Shown piece after piece: positions 19,830 through 30,061 of a stretch of 64,000 nt of DNA. Each line of letters opens with the position of its first letter. Position 1 is the stretch's first letter. The DNA is from an uncultured bacterium (GTDB lineage Bacteria > Krumholzibacteriota > Krumholzibacteriia > JACNKJ01). The translations under genes and the position numbers were made by a program. The notes under the pieces were generated by a model. That model was not told the origin of the DNA, did no database searches, and worked only from the letters and a program-made list of their open reading frames with translations. Location: positions 22,641 to 86,640 of the forward strand of contig CAYFNT010000010.1 in the NCBI GenBank assembly GCA_964344565.1, given 5' to 3'.

Positions 19830-20779
19830 TCGTCACTCCTCTTGCGGGTGCTGGAAACTTTGCGCAGCAGGGCCAGGAAGAATCCCTCGAACACTCCGTC
19901 GGGCAACACGCGGCACGCGGCGGCGATCTCGGGGGAATAGGTTCTCTTCTCCCACTGGGCCAGTCCACTTTGCACGTTTTCCAGCGGCAGGTCCAGTGGC
20001 AGGATCTCCAGGGCCCCCTCGAACTTCGACAGCAGCTTGTCCAGAACGCCTTCGTTCTCTTCCGGCGCGAAGGTGCAGGTGGAATAGGCCAGTATGCCGC
20101 CGGGCTTGAGCATGTGCAAGGCCGACTGGGCCAGGCGCAGCTGCACGCGGCGCATCTCGCGGATCTTGCGGGGGCTCCAGTAGGCGTAGCTCTTGGGATC
20201 GTCCTCGCGGAAGCGGCCCTCGCTGGAACAGGGGGCGTCCAGGAGCACCTTGTCGAAACTCTCCTCGCGACCTCGCCAGAAACCCGTGCCGTCGGCCAGG
20301 CGCGTCTCAACTTCGAGAGCGCCCTGGCTCTTCAGGTTGGCCTTGAGCTTGAAGAAGCGGCCGCGGTTCTTCTCCACGGCGGTCAGGCGGGCGCCCGTTG
20401 CGGCGAGTTGCAGAGTCTTGCTGCCCGGAGCCGCGGCGAGATCGAGGACCTCTTCCCCCGGCCGAGCATCGAGAAAAAGCGGCGGCAGCATGCTCGAGGG
20501 ATTCTGGATCCAGAGGCGTCCCTCGTGCCAGGCCGGATGCTCGGTCAACGCGCGTCGCTGTTCGGAAGGAACGGAGTATGTTCCAGGCGGGAAATCCAGT
20601 GGCGCCAGTTCGAAACCCGAATCGGCCAGCTCCCTCTGGAGAGAATCGGCGTCGGACTTCAGCCCGTTGACCCGGAATATCGTGGGCGCCTCGGTGCCCA
20701 TGGCTCGAAGGGCCGCGGGCAATGCAGTCGCAGGAAGGATGCGCTCGAGTCTCTCGAGAAAAACTTCGGGCAGGCTCAT
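19826..20779 (-). CDS. NOL1/NOP2/Sun-family RNA m5C methyltransferase (RsmB/RsmF-like)
   Basis: SAM site VLDLAAAPGSKT, catalytic DAPCSSEG and YSTCT motifs. 4-nt overlap with the downstream M20 gene. Confidence 0.88.
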   Translation of the reverse strand: MSLPEVFLERLERILPATALPAALRAMGTEAPTIFRVNGLKSDADSLQRELADSGFELAPLDFPPGTYSVPSEQRRALTEHPAWHEGRLWIQNPSSMLPPLFLDARPGEEVLDLAAAPGSKTLQLAATGARLTAVEKNRGRFFKLKANLKSQGALEVETRLADGTGFWRGREESFDKVLLDAPCSSEGRFREDDPKSYAYWSPRKIREMRRVQLRLAQSALHMLKPGGILAYSTCTFAPEENEGVLDKLLSKFEGALEILPLDLPLENVQSGLAQWEKRTYSPEIAAACRVLPDGVFEGFFLALLRKVSSTRKRSDE

Positions 20780-20824
20780 GAACTCATCCTAGCACGAAGG
20801 CGGGAGCCGGGATAGAATCCAGGC

Positions 20825-21517
20825 ATGAAAGCGCTGCTGGAATTCGTCCAAACCGAACTCGCCGCCCTGGCCGATCCGACGAAGGCCGGCCCCATGGCCG
20901 CCTACATGAAGACCGACATGCCCTTCTACGGCGTGCAGAAGCCCGCACGGGCGAAGCTCGAAAAACGCCTGCTTCGCGATTTCCGCGCGGAGAACCGGCG
21001 CGACTACGAGGGCGCGGTCCTTTCTCTATGGAAGCTTCCCCACCGGGAAGAGAAGTACCTGGCCATTCACTTCGCGGCGGGGCATCCCGAGTTCATCGAC
21101 GCGAACTCCATGAAGCTCTACGAGCGTCTCGTTCGGGAAGGCGCCTGGTGGGATTTCGTGGACGGCATCGCCACCGCCCTGGTCGGCGTCGCCCTGCGGG
21201 GGCAGCCCGAAAAACTCTGGCCCCTTATGGACGCCTGGATCGAGGACGAGGATTTCTGGATTCGCCGCACGGCGATCCTCTGCCAGCTCGGCTGGAAGAG
21301 CGACACCGATCATCGCCGCCTCTTCGACTACTGCCTGCGCTGGGCCGACGAGAAGGAGTTCTTCATCCGCAAGGCCATCGGCTGGGCGCTGCGCGACTAC
21401 TCCTACGCCGAACCCGAGCGCGTGAAGACCTTCCTTCTGAAACATCGCGGCCGGCTTTCCGGTCTCAGCTTCCGGGAGGGCGCCAAAGCGCTCAAGCGCA
21501 AGGGCCTGCTCGACTAG
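20825..21517 (+). CDS. DNA alkylation repair protein (AlkD-like HEAT-repeat)
   Basis: 230 aa with FWIRRTAILCQL and FFIRKAIGWALRDYS blocks characteristic of this family. Confidence 0.85.
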   Translation: MKALLEFVQTELAALADPTKAGPMAAYMKTDMPFYGVQKPARAKLEKRLLRDFRAENRRDYEGAVLSLWKLPHREEKYLAIHFAAGHPEFIDANSMKLYERLVREGAWWDFVDGIATALVGVALRGQPEKLWPLMDAWIEDEDFWIRRTAILCQLGWKSDTDHRRLFDYCLRWADEKEFFIRKAIGWALRDYSYAEPERVKTFLLKHRGRLSGLSFREGAKALKRKGLLD

Positions 21518-22485
21518 TCCCTGGGCGCGGTGATTTCCAGGAACTGTGCATCCTCCCACAGGGGCTGCAGGTCCGTATCCGTGCGAGCGCGTTCGCCGAG
21601 GGACGGGTCTCGCTCCACCGCCTCGGCCAGACGGAAAAGGGCCTTGCGGTAGAGCTCCGCCTTGGAGAAGAAACAGGCCAGGTGGAAGTAGGGCTCTCCC
21701 TTGTCCGGGTTGAGCTTCACGGCCCGCTCGCCCAGATGGATGGCCTCGGTATAGAGCCCCTTCTCGGCCAGGGTATAGCCTTCGAGAATCAGGGCCCATT
21801 CCTGCCACATGTCGAAGATGCGCCGCAGTTCGGCGATGGGGTCAGCATGGTCGTCCACGCGAAGGTCGCAGTAGCGGTCGTTGAAGCCAGCATAGCCGCC
21901 GTCTTCTCGCACGATGAACATGGCCGCCGACTGCATGCCCCGGGAATCGCCGCCCGCCGCCTGTCCGGCTTCGAGGGCTCGCATGAGGCGCTCGCCGAGG
22001 ATCTCGCCCTCGGCCGCCTCGAAGGCCGAGGCCATGTCGGCCACCACCGCCTCGCCCGCGAGGATGTTCCCCTGGGCCGTGTAGTTCGCGCCGCTCTTGT
22101 GCCCTGCCCAGACCATGCACTCGGCGCCGGTGTGAGCGGCCGCGCGGCCTTTGGCGTCGACGATGCCCACCTGCCGCTGCTCGCGCCCGTCGTCGGCGGA
22201 CAGCAGCGCGGCGAGCGCCTCTTCGGGAGCGAGCCCGGCTCCTAGGAGATCGAGTCCTTCCGGCCCGAAGGTCGTGTTGGCGAAGGCCTGTGTGGCGATG
22301 GCCCCCACTCCGGCCTCGGCCCAGGGGACCACGGCGCCCACGCCGAAGAACTTGGACTGCACCGCGATGCCGAGATCGCCGGTGTCCGGATCGAATCCCA
22401 CGATGGAAAAAGTGGCCACGGGTTGGGCGGCCTGGGCGTTGGATACCGCGACGAAGAACAGAAGGGCGACGAGGAATCGTTTCAT
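21514..22485 (-). CDS. secreted DUF1028 (Ntn-hydrolase-fold) protein with C-terminal TPR-like region
   Basis: Start at ATG 22485 (GGAGG SD) gives signal peptide MKRFLVALLFFVAVSNAQA, then ATFSIVGFDPDTGDLGIAVQSKFFGVGAVVPW (DUF1028 N-terminus). The helical repeat tail is read by eye. Confidence 0.8.
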   Translation of the reverse strand: MKRFLVALLFFVAVSNAQAAQPVATFSIVGFDPDTGDLGIAVQSKFFGVGAVVPWAEAGVGAIATQAFANTTFGPEGLDLLGAGLAPEEALAALLSADDGREQRQVGIVDAKGRAAAHTGAECMVWAGHKSGANYTAQGNILAGEAVVADMASAFEAAEGEILGERLMRALEAGQAAGGDSRGMQSAAMFIVREDGGYAGFNDRYCDLRVDDHADPIAELRRIFDMWQEWALILEGYTLAEKGLYTEAIHLGERAVKLNPDKGEPYFHLACFFSKAELYRKALFRLAEAVERDPSLGERARTDTDLQPLWEDAQFLEITAPRD

Positions 22486-22582
22486 GGGAGCCTCCTTGGC
22501 TGGAGCCAGTCTACACGGCAGGTCGCTCTTCGCCAATCCCCCCGCCTTGACCCGCCCGGCGCCTTGGCCTAGGCTGCCCGCC

Positions 22583-23710
22583 ATGAAACCCATCTATCTC
22601 GATTACAACGCGACCACGCCGGTGGATCCTCGGGTGGCCGAAGCCATGCTGCCCTACCTCACCGAGCGCTTCGGAAACCCATCCAGCTCGCACGCTTACG
22701 GACGCGAAACCCGCGCGGCCGTGGACAGGGCCCGCCGCCAGGTGGCCGATCTTCTCGGCGCCGCTCCGGCGGAAATCCTTTTCACCAGCGGCGGATCGGA
22801 GTCGAACAATCTCGCCATCAAGGGCGCGGCGGAAGCCCGCGAAAGCGAGGGGAGGCACATCCTGACCTCGTCGGTGGAGCATCCCGCGGTGACCGAGGTC
22901 TGCGCGAATCTCGAATCCCGCGGCTGGCGTGTGGACTATCTGCCGGTGGATTCCACGGGATGGCTGGATCCGGCCACGGTGGAGAAAGCGCTCAGGAGCG
23001 AGACCGTGCTGGTCACCGTGATGCACGCCAACAACGAGGTGGGCACCGTGGAACCCATCGTCGACATCGCGAAGCTGGCCCATGCCCGCGGCGCGCTCCT
23101 GCACTGTGACGCGGCCCAATCCATCGGCAAGATCTCCGTGCGGGTGGACGATCTCGGCGTCGACCTGCTCTCGGTGGCCGGCCACAAGCTCTATGCGCCC
23201 AAGGGCGTGGGTGCGCTCTATATTCGGAAGGGCGTGAAGCTGGCCAAGCAGACCCACGGCGCGGACCACGAGGGCAACCTGCGCGCGGGAACCGAAAACG
23301 TGCTCGAGATCGCCGGGCTCGGCGAGGCCTGCGCCATCGCCGCGGGCGCAATCTCGGAAACGCCGGCAAAACTCGCCGCCCTGCGCGACCGGCTCGAAGG
23401 CGGCCTCCGCTCGAAGTTCCCCGGCCTCGTCGTCAACGGCAAGCTCGACGCACGCCTGCCGAACACGGCCAGCGTGTCCTTCCCCGGCCTTGAAGCCTCG
23501 ACGCTGCTGGCCGGACTGGAAGGCGTGGCCGCCTCGGCGGGCGCGGCCTGTCACGCCGACGGCGTCTCCGTGTCGGCCGTTCTCGCGGCCATGAAGGTGC
23601 CGCTGGATGTGGCCAAGGGAACCCTGCGCCTCTCGGTGGGCCGCTTCAGCACCGAGGATGAAATCGATCGCGCGGTCGAGCTGATCGTTCAAGCTCTGCA
23701 ATCCACCTAG
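22583..23710 (+). CDS. cysteine desulfurase (NifS/IscS class V aminotransferase)
   Basis: MKPIYLDYNATTPVDPRV start, PLP-Lys block SVAGHKLYAPKGVGALY and C-terminal SAGAACH active-site Cys loop. The upstream part of the 22151 track ORF is an antisense shadow. Confidence 0.9.
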   Translation: MKPIYLDYNATTPVDPRVAEAMLPYLTERFGNPSSSHAYGRETRAAVDRARRQVADLLGAAPAEILFTSGGSESNNLAIKGAAEARESEGRHILTSSVEHPAVTEVCANLESRGWRVDYLPVDSTGWLDPATVEKALRSETVLVTVMHANNEVGTVEPIVDIAKLAHARGALLHCDAAQSIGKISVRVDDLGVDLLSVAGHKLYAPKGVGALYIRKGVKLAKQTHGADHEGNLRAGTENVLEIAGLGEACAIAAGAISETPAKLAALRDRLEGGLRSKFPGLVVNGKLDARLPNTASVSFPGLEASTLLAGLEGVAASAGAACHADGVSVSAVLAAMKVPLDVAKGTLRLSVGRFSTEDEIDRAVELIVQALQST

Positions 23711-23712
23711 AA

Positions 23713-23740
23713 GACCCTCCCCCGATGTCAGGGGAGGGTC
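23713..23740. terminator. GC hairpin between convergent genes (GACCCTCCCC-N8-GGGGAGGGTC)
   Basis: Perfect 10-bp stem read directly. Only a weak T-tract, so function as a terminator is inferred from position. Confidence 0.5.
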
Positions 23741-23773
23741 TGGCCGGCAGCGCGTAGCGGGCAGCGGGCCGCC

Positions 23774-25300
23774 CTAGTGCCACACGATGGTGGTTTCGTA
23801 GTCCTGATAGAAGTCGGCGGGCTCCGGCGGCCCTTCAGTGGGCGGATTCGAATTCCAGGTGTTGTACATGGCGTAGATCGTACCCTCTTCGTTGCGGACG
23901 GAGAGACCGTAGCTCGTGTTGTTCTGGATCACGTTGCCGCCTAGGCTTCCACGCGCGCCGCCGCCGAGATCCGGGTTCGTCACGGGCGGCGGTTCCCCCG
24001 ATCCACTATATGCGGTGATTCCCGTATTGTTGTCCGTGATGGTGCATCCTTCGATCAGGGGATCGGAGTTCGTGTTGGCGAAAACACCCTGCCACCATCC
24101 GGACACCGTGCAGTTCCGCAGGATCGCGTGGGAGTCGTCGATGAGCTCGAAGCCGCGATCCTCGCCGGGATGGCTGGTGTTCACGATCTCGCAGTCCTCG
24201 ACCAGCGGATAGGCTCCCACTCCGCCGATGCGGATAGCCGAGTACCTGAAGGTGTCGTTGATCTTGACGTTCCTGATCGTCGCGGTCGTGCCGCAGAAGA
24301 TGCCGATGGACGACAACTCGCCCCCCGATGCGACACCCGCGTTTCCCAAGGTGATGTTCTCCACCGTGGATTCGTACCAGAGGTCCATGGTGAAGTACAT
24401 GTCCTCCCCGCCGTAGAGGATGACCTCGTCGCGGCCCGAACCGCGAAGCGTCACTCCCAACGGAATCGTGAAGACATCGCCCTCTCCCAGATCGCCGTCG
24501 TAGGTTCCGGGCGCCACCAGAACCACATCCCCTTCATTGGCCTCACCGAGAGCGTAGGTGATGGTGCGGAAGGGATACTCCCAGGTTCCGCCCCCGTTCA
24601 CGTCGACGCCGGTCGACGCATTCACGTACTTGATCGTGAACTGCACGTCGACCATGCCCGTATCGAAGATCTGCTCGTCGCCGCGGTAGATGGCCTTGAT
24701 CTCCACGCTTCCGCCCGCGGGCACCGCGCTCGGAGCCGTGTAGATCGCGGGGTTCGTCTGGGTGATGGTTCCCGTCATGGAGTGGCCGCCCAATTCGTCG
24801 TTCACGTACCAATCGAAGTGGTCGTCCTCGCGTCCGGGCCAGGAGAGTTCGGCCGTGATCGTGATCTGCTCGGAAACCTCGCATTCCTGGGCACTGAACT
24901 CCAACTCCACCGTGTTCGGCGAGATGATGCCGAGGGTCGCGCTGTCTTCCCACTCGTTCGAGTCGTCGGTCACGGCCTTGATCTCCACCTCGTCCCCCAC
25001 GGGGGCGATCAGGGGCGCCGTGTAGACGGCTGGGTTTTCCTGGGTGATGGTTCCCAGCTCGGTCGAGCCTCCGAGCTCGTCATTCACGTACCAGAGGCAG
25101 TCCGGCTCTTCCGATCTGCCGTCCAGCAGGTAGATGAAACTCGCCGTCGCCTCCACGGTCTGTCCGCTGTTCACCTCCTCGGCATCCAACTGGATCATGA
25201 TCGCCGAAGGCGTCGTAATGTCTCCGTCATCGCTTCCGCCACATCCGATGAAAGACACGAGGACCGCCAGCAGGATTCCGCCGGCAATCAGTCTGCTCAT
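23774..25300 (-). CDS. lipoprotein with two Ig-like repeats and a right-handed parallel beta-helix domain
   Basis: Start at ATG 25300 gives MSRLIAGGILLAVLVSFIG-C (lipobox). An internal repeat occurs twice (WYVNDELGG...GTITQxNPAxYTAP...VEIKA). The C-terminal half has NxxG-type beta-helix repeats (ITLGNAG, IRNVKIND, VEDCEIVN, LRNCTVSG, IEGCTITDN, NVIQNN). Confidence 0.8.
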   Translation of the reverse strand: MSRLIAGGILLAVLVSFIGCGGSDDGDITTPSAIMIQLDAEEVNSGQTVEATASFIYLLDGRSEEPDCLWYVNDELGGSTELGTITQENPAVYTAPLIAPVGDEVEIKAVTDDSNEWEDSATLGIISPNTVELEFSAQECEVSEQITITAELSWPGREDDHFDWYVNDELGGHSMTGTITQTNPAIYTAPSAVPAGGSVEIKAIYRGDEQIFDTGMVDVQFTIKYVNASTGVDVNGGGTWEYPFRTITYALGEANEGDVVLVAPGTYDGDLGEGDVFTIPLGVTLRGSGRDEVILYGGEDMYFTMDLWYESTVENITLGNAGVASGGELSSIGIFCGTTATIRNVKINDTFRYSAIRIGGVGAYPLVEDCEIVNTSHPGEDRGFELIDDSHAILRNCTVSGWWQGVFANTNSDPLIEGCTITDNNTGITAYSGSGEPPPVTNPDLGGGARGSLGGNVIQNNTSYGLSVRNEEGTIYAMYNTWNSNPPTEGPPEPADFYQDYETTIVWH

Positions 25301-25462
25301 CGAATATCCACTTCCTGCCTTCACAGCAAACCTCCTTGTTCGATGTCGAGAGAGCGTCATGCATTCAATCCCAGATCCCGGTTGCACTCCGATCTGCTGG
25401 GCGAGCCTAGCGGATCCTCGAATCGAGTTAAAGATGAAGTCGAACAACTTGCATCAATAGAG

Positions 25463-25490
25463 AACGGGGAGGGAAAGGTCCCTCCCCGTT
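25463..25490 (-). terminator. hairpin downstream of C25 peptidase 1 (AACGGGGAGGG-N6-CCCTCCCCGTT)
   Basis: Perfect 11-bp stem. A second, imperfect palindrome GGAAGGAGATCTCCCTCC lies at 25514-25531, nearer the stop codon. Confidence 0.6.
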
Positions 25491-25539
25491 CATTCTGCGA
25501 AACTCTAGCGAGAGGAAGGAGATCTCCCTCCCCCAGTCA

Positions 25540-28500
25540 TTACTTGAGCATCAGCATCTTCCGCGTCAGCACCTGACCGTCCGAAGCGATGCGGCTGAAG
25601 TAGATTCCGCTCGATACCGGACGGCCGGCCTCGTCGGTACCCAGCCATTCCAGTTCGTGATAGCCGGCGTCCATGTGTCCGCTGGCCAGGGTCGTCACCC
25701 GGCGTCCCTTCACGTCGTAGACGGCCAGATCCACCTCGCCGCCGGCCGGCAGGGCGAAGCGGATGGTCGTCTTGGGATTGAAGGGATTGGGGAAGTTGCG
25801 GCCCAGCTCCACGCGGGCGGGCAGAACCTCGTCGCCCAGGTCGGTGGCCAGGGGCACGAAGGCGCTCAACAGCACGTCGTCCACCGCCGCCTCCACCAGG
25901 GAGCCGCCGGAGCCTTCGTCCGCCGCCACGAAACGCACCTGGACCATGTCGGTGAACTCGACGTAGTCCCCCAGCTGGAAGCTGTGGAATGTCCATGAGG
26001 CGTCGGAGGCCTGGGTGTTTTCGAGACTCACCCAGTTGCTTCCGTCGTTCGTGACGTCGACCTTCCACCAATCCTCATTGGGATTGTTGCCCCGGTCGTT
26101 GGTGTACCAACGCCAGTAGCTGAACTCGGCGCTGGTCGCTCCCTGAAGCGCGAAGACCGGGCTGAGCAGGGTGGTCACGCCGCCGTCCACGTCGTTCTCG
26201 CCCGCAGAGCCGCCTTCGGAACCCTGTCCTGTCACGAAGCACATCACTCCGGGAGCGGGAGTGTGGTCATCCTCGGGTTGGATGGGATAGCCGTCGTACT
26301 CGGTGCCGAAGGGATCCACGCGGGTCCAGATTCCCGTGCCCGCGTTATCGCCTGGCACGCCGACCGTCCAGCCCCGATCGACCTCGAAGTCGTCGAACCA
26401 GCCGCCCACGGGCAGCTCGAAGGACAGATCGGCCGCGAAGGCGCCGTTGCTCACGTTGAAGACGAATTCGATGGTCCAGGGCTCGGGACATCCGGGCAGG
26501 ATCTCCACCACGAAGTCCGTCATGATCCCCTCGCCGCCCACCGGAACCACCGGGCAGGCGCCGCCGCCGTCGATGATGTTCACGTTGAAGTCGTAGCTGC
26601 CGATGACGCCCACCAGATCCTCGGCGTCGGAGTGGCCCGAATTGGCCATATGGACGCGCAGGGTCACCGTCTCGCCGGCGTCGGCGTTGCCGCTACCGTC
26701 GCCGTAGGGAAGGTCGATCACCGTGAGACCGGCGGTGGAAAGCACCGGAGCCTGGGCGGTCAGGTAGAAGGTGGCCTCCCAGCTGCCCTCGTTGGCCACC
26801 ATGTCGATGGTGAACTGGATCACGCGCTCGTCGGGCACGTCACCCGCGACCTCCACCACGAAGGGGAAGAGGCAGGTGCCCAGTTCGCCGGCGGGAATGT
26901 CCGGATAGTCCTGCACGGCCTCGACGATGGTCACGTAGGGATCGGTGCAGCTCAGGGTTCCGACCACGCCCGTGGTGGGATCCACGCCGACGTTCTCGAG
27001 GCAGATGTCCAGATCGACCGTCTCGGCCTCGTCCAGCATGCCGTCGTTGTCGCCGTCCTCATCGAAGATCAGGGAATGCTCGAAGACCAGATACGGGCCT
27101 TCCGGCGGCAGGATCGGCACCATGCCCGAGTACTCGAAGAAGTCGTGGGCGATGACCTTCACGTTGAGATCGGCTGGAGCCGTGGCGCCCGGTTCCAGCA
27201 CCGCCACGCCGAATCCGTTGGTGTAGGCGGTGTCGTAGACCGAGTAGTCGTCGGTGTAGATGCAGACGCGCGCGCCGACGATGGGCGCAGCGCCGTCCAT
27301 GACCGTCACTTCCATCTCGGGCTGGCCGATGAACACGACGCCGGGCAGGGTGACCTGCAGGTTGCCGGGCTCGTCGGTCCAGAGCTGCATGGACGGATCG
27401 CCGAAGAGGTTCAGTTCGTAGAAGCACCAGCGATTGGCGCCGTAGTCGAGGTTCCAGATCACGTCTTCCTTGGAGTCGTTGTTCATCTCGGCCAGGGGAT
27501 AGATCTCCTCGGCGAACATGGCGTCGTAGAACTCCCGGTCGAAGTACTGGGAGGAGCCGTTGGTGCTTTCATGCATACCCCAGCCGTAGCGGGAGTTGGT
27601 GACGAGGGCGACCGCACCGTGCTCGTCGTTGTTCAGGTTCTCGCTGATGGAGTCGTAGTCGAAGCCGCCGCACATGCAGCCCTGACTGTAGATGAAGTTG
27701 TAGCTGTGGTTGATTCCGTCGTTGGTGAACTGCGGAATGCTGCTGTTGTAGAACTTCATCATGTAGGTGTAGTCGCAGTGGCCCAGATGATTGATGATGT
27801 TCAGGCCGTTGTTCATCATGTTGATGAGGGTGCTGGCGCTCCAGGTTCCCTCGCGGTCGTAGAGCGTGTCCACGTTCATGTGGTCGGGGAATCCCACCGT
27901 GGTGTAGCCGTGGTTGCTCGAACCGTAGAGGATCTCGTCCTTGTAGTCGCCGCCCCAGGTGGGCTCGCTCCAGAGCAGCTCGGCGCACATGAGCGCTTCG
28001 TCGCACTCGTCGGCGACGGGAGCGATCTGGTAGCGCATCTGCTTGGTGATCCAGTTCTGGATCTCGGTCGGAGAACTGACCGCCGCGCGGCCCACGCCCA
28101 GCTCGTGATAGAGGTCGGCCTCGCCGACCTCGCCCCAGTATCCGTCGCCGTCGTCGTTCCATGTTCCGTCCAGACAGGCGTAGTAGAGGTCGCTGGGCAG
28201 ATTGGTCTCGGTGGTTCCGTAGGCGTAGGCGTACATGCCACGATGTGGAATGCCGTCGCTGGGACCGCTGTCGCCCACCAGCAGCACGTATTCCGTGTCC
28301 CAGGTGGCGTAGGCGTCGATGATGAAGTTGCGGATGCGCGTCTGCTCATCGCTGCCGGTGTACTCCGAGTTGATCCAGTCCTTCAGGAAGACGCCCGCCT
28401 TCAGGCCGCGCTCGGTCTGGAAGGTGACGAAGTCGCCCAGGTAGGGCGCGTAGGCATCGGAGGTCACGATGACGTACTTAATGCCGTCGGCCGGATCCAA

Positions 28501-29190
28501 GGCGCGGCTGCCGCCCGTGGCCTGCAGGTGCGCGTAGCCGGCGATTTCGTTGTGATTGTGAACAATCCGCTCGAGGCGCAGCAGGGTGCCCTCGTCGTGA
28601 CGGATCATGGCCCGATTCTCCTCGAGCAGGGCGGCGTCGAACTCGGTGAAGATGCGCAGTTCGCAGCCGGTCATGTAGCTGACATGTCCGGAAGCCGCCC
28701 GATACTCCACTGGATGCAGGGCCAGATCGGCGATGCGATAGCCGCGGTAGAGACCGACGGTCGGAGCGTCCGCATAGCGTCCGGGGAAGGGATCATCGGA
28801 CGAGTAGACCGCGGAAGAGGGAAGGTCGGGCTCAACCGCGCCCTCGAAGCTCAGAGGGTACTGGCTCTGACCCGGCTCGATGATCCAGCTGCCCTCCATG
28901 GTGATCCAGCTCATGGGGATCACCTCCACCGAAACGATGCGTTCGCCCGGCGGCAGGAGCACGCTCGCACCCATTCGCGGCAGAACCGGCATGCCCGGTT
29001 CCCCGACGCTCCATGCGCCTTCCATGGTGATCGTGGAGTAGTCCTTCGACGCCGTGATCCGCGGCGCCTCGAATTCGTAGTCGACCGTGATCATCGCCGC
29101 GCCGGCGGTCCCGGTCATGAAAAAGGCCGAAAGGATGATCGCCATCGCAAGGCGCCTTCCGGCAGTGCCCCAGTGAGATTTGAGGTGCAT
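25540..29190 (-). CDS. peptidase C25 (gingipain-type) paralog 1, with MAM-like domain and FlgD-Ig/T9SS-type C-terminal domain
   Basis: Start at ATG 29190 gives a signal peptide (RRLAMAIILSAFFMTGTAGA). Propeptide-like N-domain. Catalytic-region blocks NIINHLGHCDY (His) and FIYSQGCMCGGF (Cys), more divergent than in paralogs 2 and 3. C-terminus NFPNPFNPKTTIRF...RKMLMLK. Confidence 0.88.
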   Translation of the reverse strand: MHLKSHWGTAGRRLAMAIILSAFFMTGTAGAAMITVDYEFEAPRITASKDYSTITMEGAWSVGEPGMPVLPRMGASVLLPPGERIVSVEVIPMSWITMEGSWIIEPGQSQYPLSFEGAVEPDLPSSAVYSSDDPFPGRYADAPTVGLYRGYRIADLALHPVEYRAASGHVSYMTGCELRIFTEFDAALLEENRAMIRHDEGTLLRLERIVHNHNEIAGYAHLQATGGSRALDPADGIKYVIVTSDAYAPYLGDFVTFQTERGLKAGVFLKDWINSEYTGSDEQTRIRNFIIDAYATWDTEYVLLVGDSGPSDGIPHRGMYAYAYGTTETNLPSDLYYACLDGTWNDDGDGYWGEVGEADLYHELGVGRAAVSSPTEIQNWITKQMRYQIAPVADECDEALMCAELLWSEPTWGGDYKDEILYGSSNHGYTTVGFPDHMNVDTLYDREGTWSASTLINMMNNGLNIINHLGHCDYTYMMKFYNSSIPQFTNDGINHSYNFIYSQGCMCGGFDYDSISENLNNDEHGAVALVTNSRYGWGMHESTNGSSQYFDREFYDAMFAEEIYPLAEMNNDSKEDVIWNLDYGANRWCFYELNLFGDPSMQLWTDEPGNLQVTLPGVVFIGQPEMEVTVMDGAAPIVGARVCIYTDDYSVYDTAYTNGFGVAVLEPGATAPADLNVKVIAHDFFEYSGMVPILPPEGPYLVFEHSLIFDEDGDNDGMLDEAETVDLDICLENVGVDPTTGVVGTLSCTDPYVTIVEAVQDYPDIPAGELGTCLFPFVVEVAGDVPDERVIQFTIDMVANEGSWEATFYLTAQAPVLSTAGLTVIDLPYGDGSGNADAGETVTLRVHMANSGHSDAEDLVGVIGSYDFNVNIIDGGGACPVVPVGGEGIMTDFVVEILPGCPEPWTIEFVFNVSNGAFAADLSFELPVGGWFDDFEVDRGWTVGVPGDNAGTGIWTRVDPFGTEYDGYPIQPEDDHTPAPGVMCFVTGQGSEGGSAGENDVDGGVTTLLSPVFALQGATSAEFSYWRWYTNDRGNNPNEDWWKVDVTNDGSNWVSLENTQASDASWTFHSFQLGDYVEFTDMVQVRFVAADEGSGGSLVEAAVDDVLLSAFVPLATDLGDEVLPARVELGRNFPNPFNPKTTIRFALPAGGEVDLAVYDVKGRRVTTLASGHMDAGYHELEWLGTDEAGRPVSSGIYFSRIASDGQVLTRKMLMLK

Positions 29191-29273
29191 ACCCCTAGCC
29201 TCCCGTCCGGTGGATTCCCCTACTCCGACGCGTTTCGCCGGTCCTCCGGCGGATCGGAGTTTCAGTTTTCTGA

Positions 29274-29282
29274 ATTTTACCA
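29274..29282 (-). promoter_or_regulatory. extended -10 element TGGTAAAAT for C25 paralog 1
   Basis: Read on the minus strand about 85 nt upstream of ATG 29190. Candidate -35 TTGAGC (29298-29303) at 18-nt spacing. Confidence 0.45.
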
Positions 29283-29390
29283 CAATTCAGACAAGTAGCT
29301 CAAGAATAGAGGGCTCCTGGCCTCCTCTCCCGGCTCCCGCTCGCAGACTCGCAAGTCACCGCTCGAGGAGCCACTTCGCTTCACGGAAGA

Positions 29391-29412
29391 AGATTGTACA
29401 CGTGTACAATCT
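29391..29412. repeat. 22-bp perfect palindrome, copy 1 (AGATTGTACACGTGTACAATCT)
   Basis: Perfect inverted symmetry read directly. Preceded by GGAAGA, as is copy 2. Lies 120 nt upstream of the 29531 ORF. Confidence 0.7.
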
Positions 29413-29530
29413 CGCTTCAGGAGTTGGAAACCCATCGTCGTATGCTCAGATCGATTGCGAAGTCGGAATCCATCGGAACGACCGCCGGCTCAATGTATTG
29501 GAGCATGTACGCTGACGATCGGAGACAAGC

Positions 29531-30016
29531 GTGATTTCGTGCCGCACATGCCTACTGGCGCTAGTTGGAGCGATCCTCCTACTAGGTATTCCTGGATCAG
29601 CCAGGGGTGAGTACACGACTCTCAGGCAGTTCATGAATGAGCTTGAACTGGCGATTGAATCTGGAGTCACTGCGGAGGTCGAGTCACTGCTCGCTCCAAA
29701 TTTTGAGTTCGCAAGCGTTGGCGATGTGAACAGGAGCAAGCCCTGGATTCATGACCCAACAATACTACTAGAATGTCTCATTCGCCCCATCAATGAAGAC
29801 AAGGCCAAGATCATCTACATCGATTGGACGAGTATAGACCAAGTTGACAACAGTTGGGATCTCGGCGGCTTCGCTATCCACTACCACAGCCCCGGGGATG
29901 AGATAAGTAGCACTTGGTACTATCCAGGGAAGCACAGCTCACTACTCGTGAGAGTCAGTGAGTACGACGATCGGTTGATGATATCAAATATGAGGTTGTT
30001 CACCGGTTTCTACTGA
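29531..30016 (+). CDS. hypothetical secreted protein in an AT-richer insert
   Basis: GGAGA SD then GTG 29531. Signal peptide ISCRTCLLALVGAILLLGIPGSARG. Hand counts of two 60-nt samples gave 53% and 42% G+C, against 68% for a sample in the adjacent C25 gene. No family recognised. Confidence 0.6.
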   Translation: MISCRTCLLALVGAILLLGIPGSARGEYTTLRQFMNELELAIESGVTAEVESLLAPNFEFASVGDVNRSKPWIHDPTILLECLIRPINEDKAKIIYIDWTSIDQVDNSWDLGGFAIHYHSPGDEISSTWYYPGKHSSLLVRVSEYDDRLMISNMRLFTGFY

Positions 30017-30061
30017 TCACATCATCTCAGCCCTCGAAAAACCGAATCGCTCTAAAAGAAG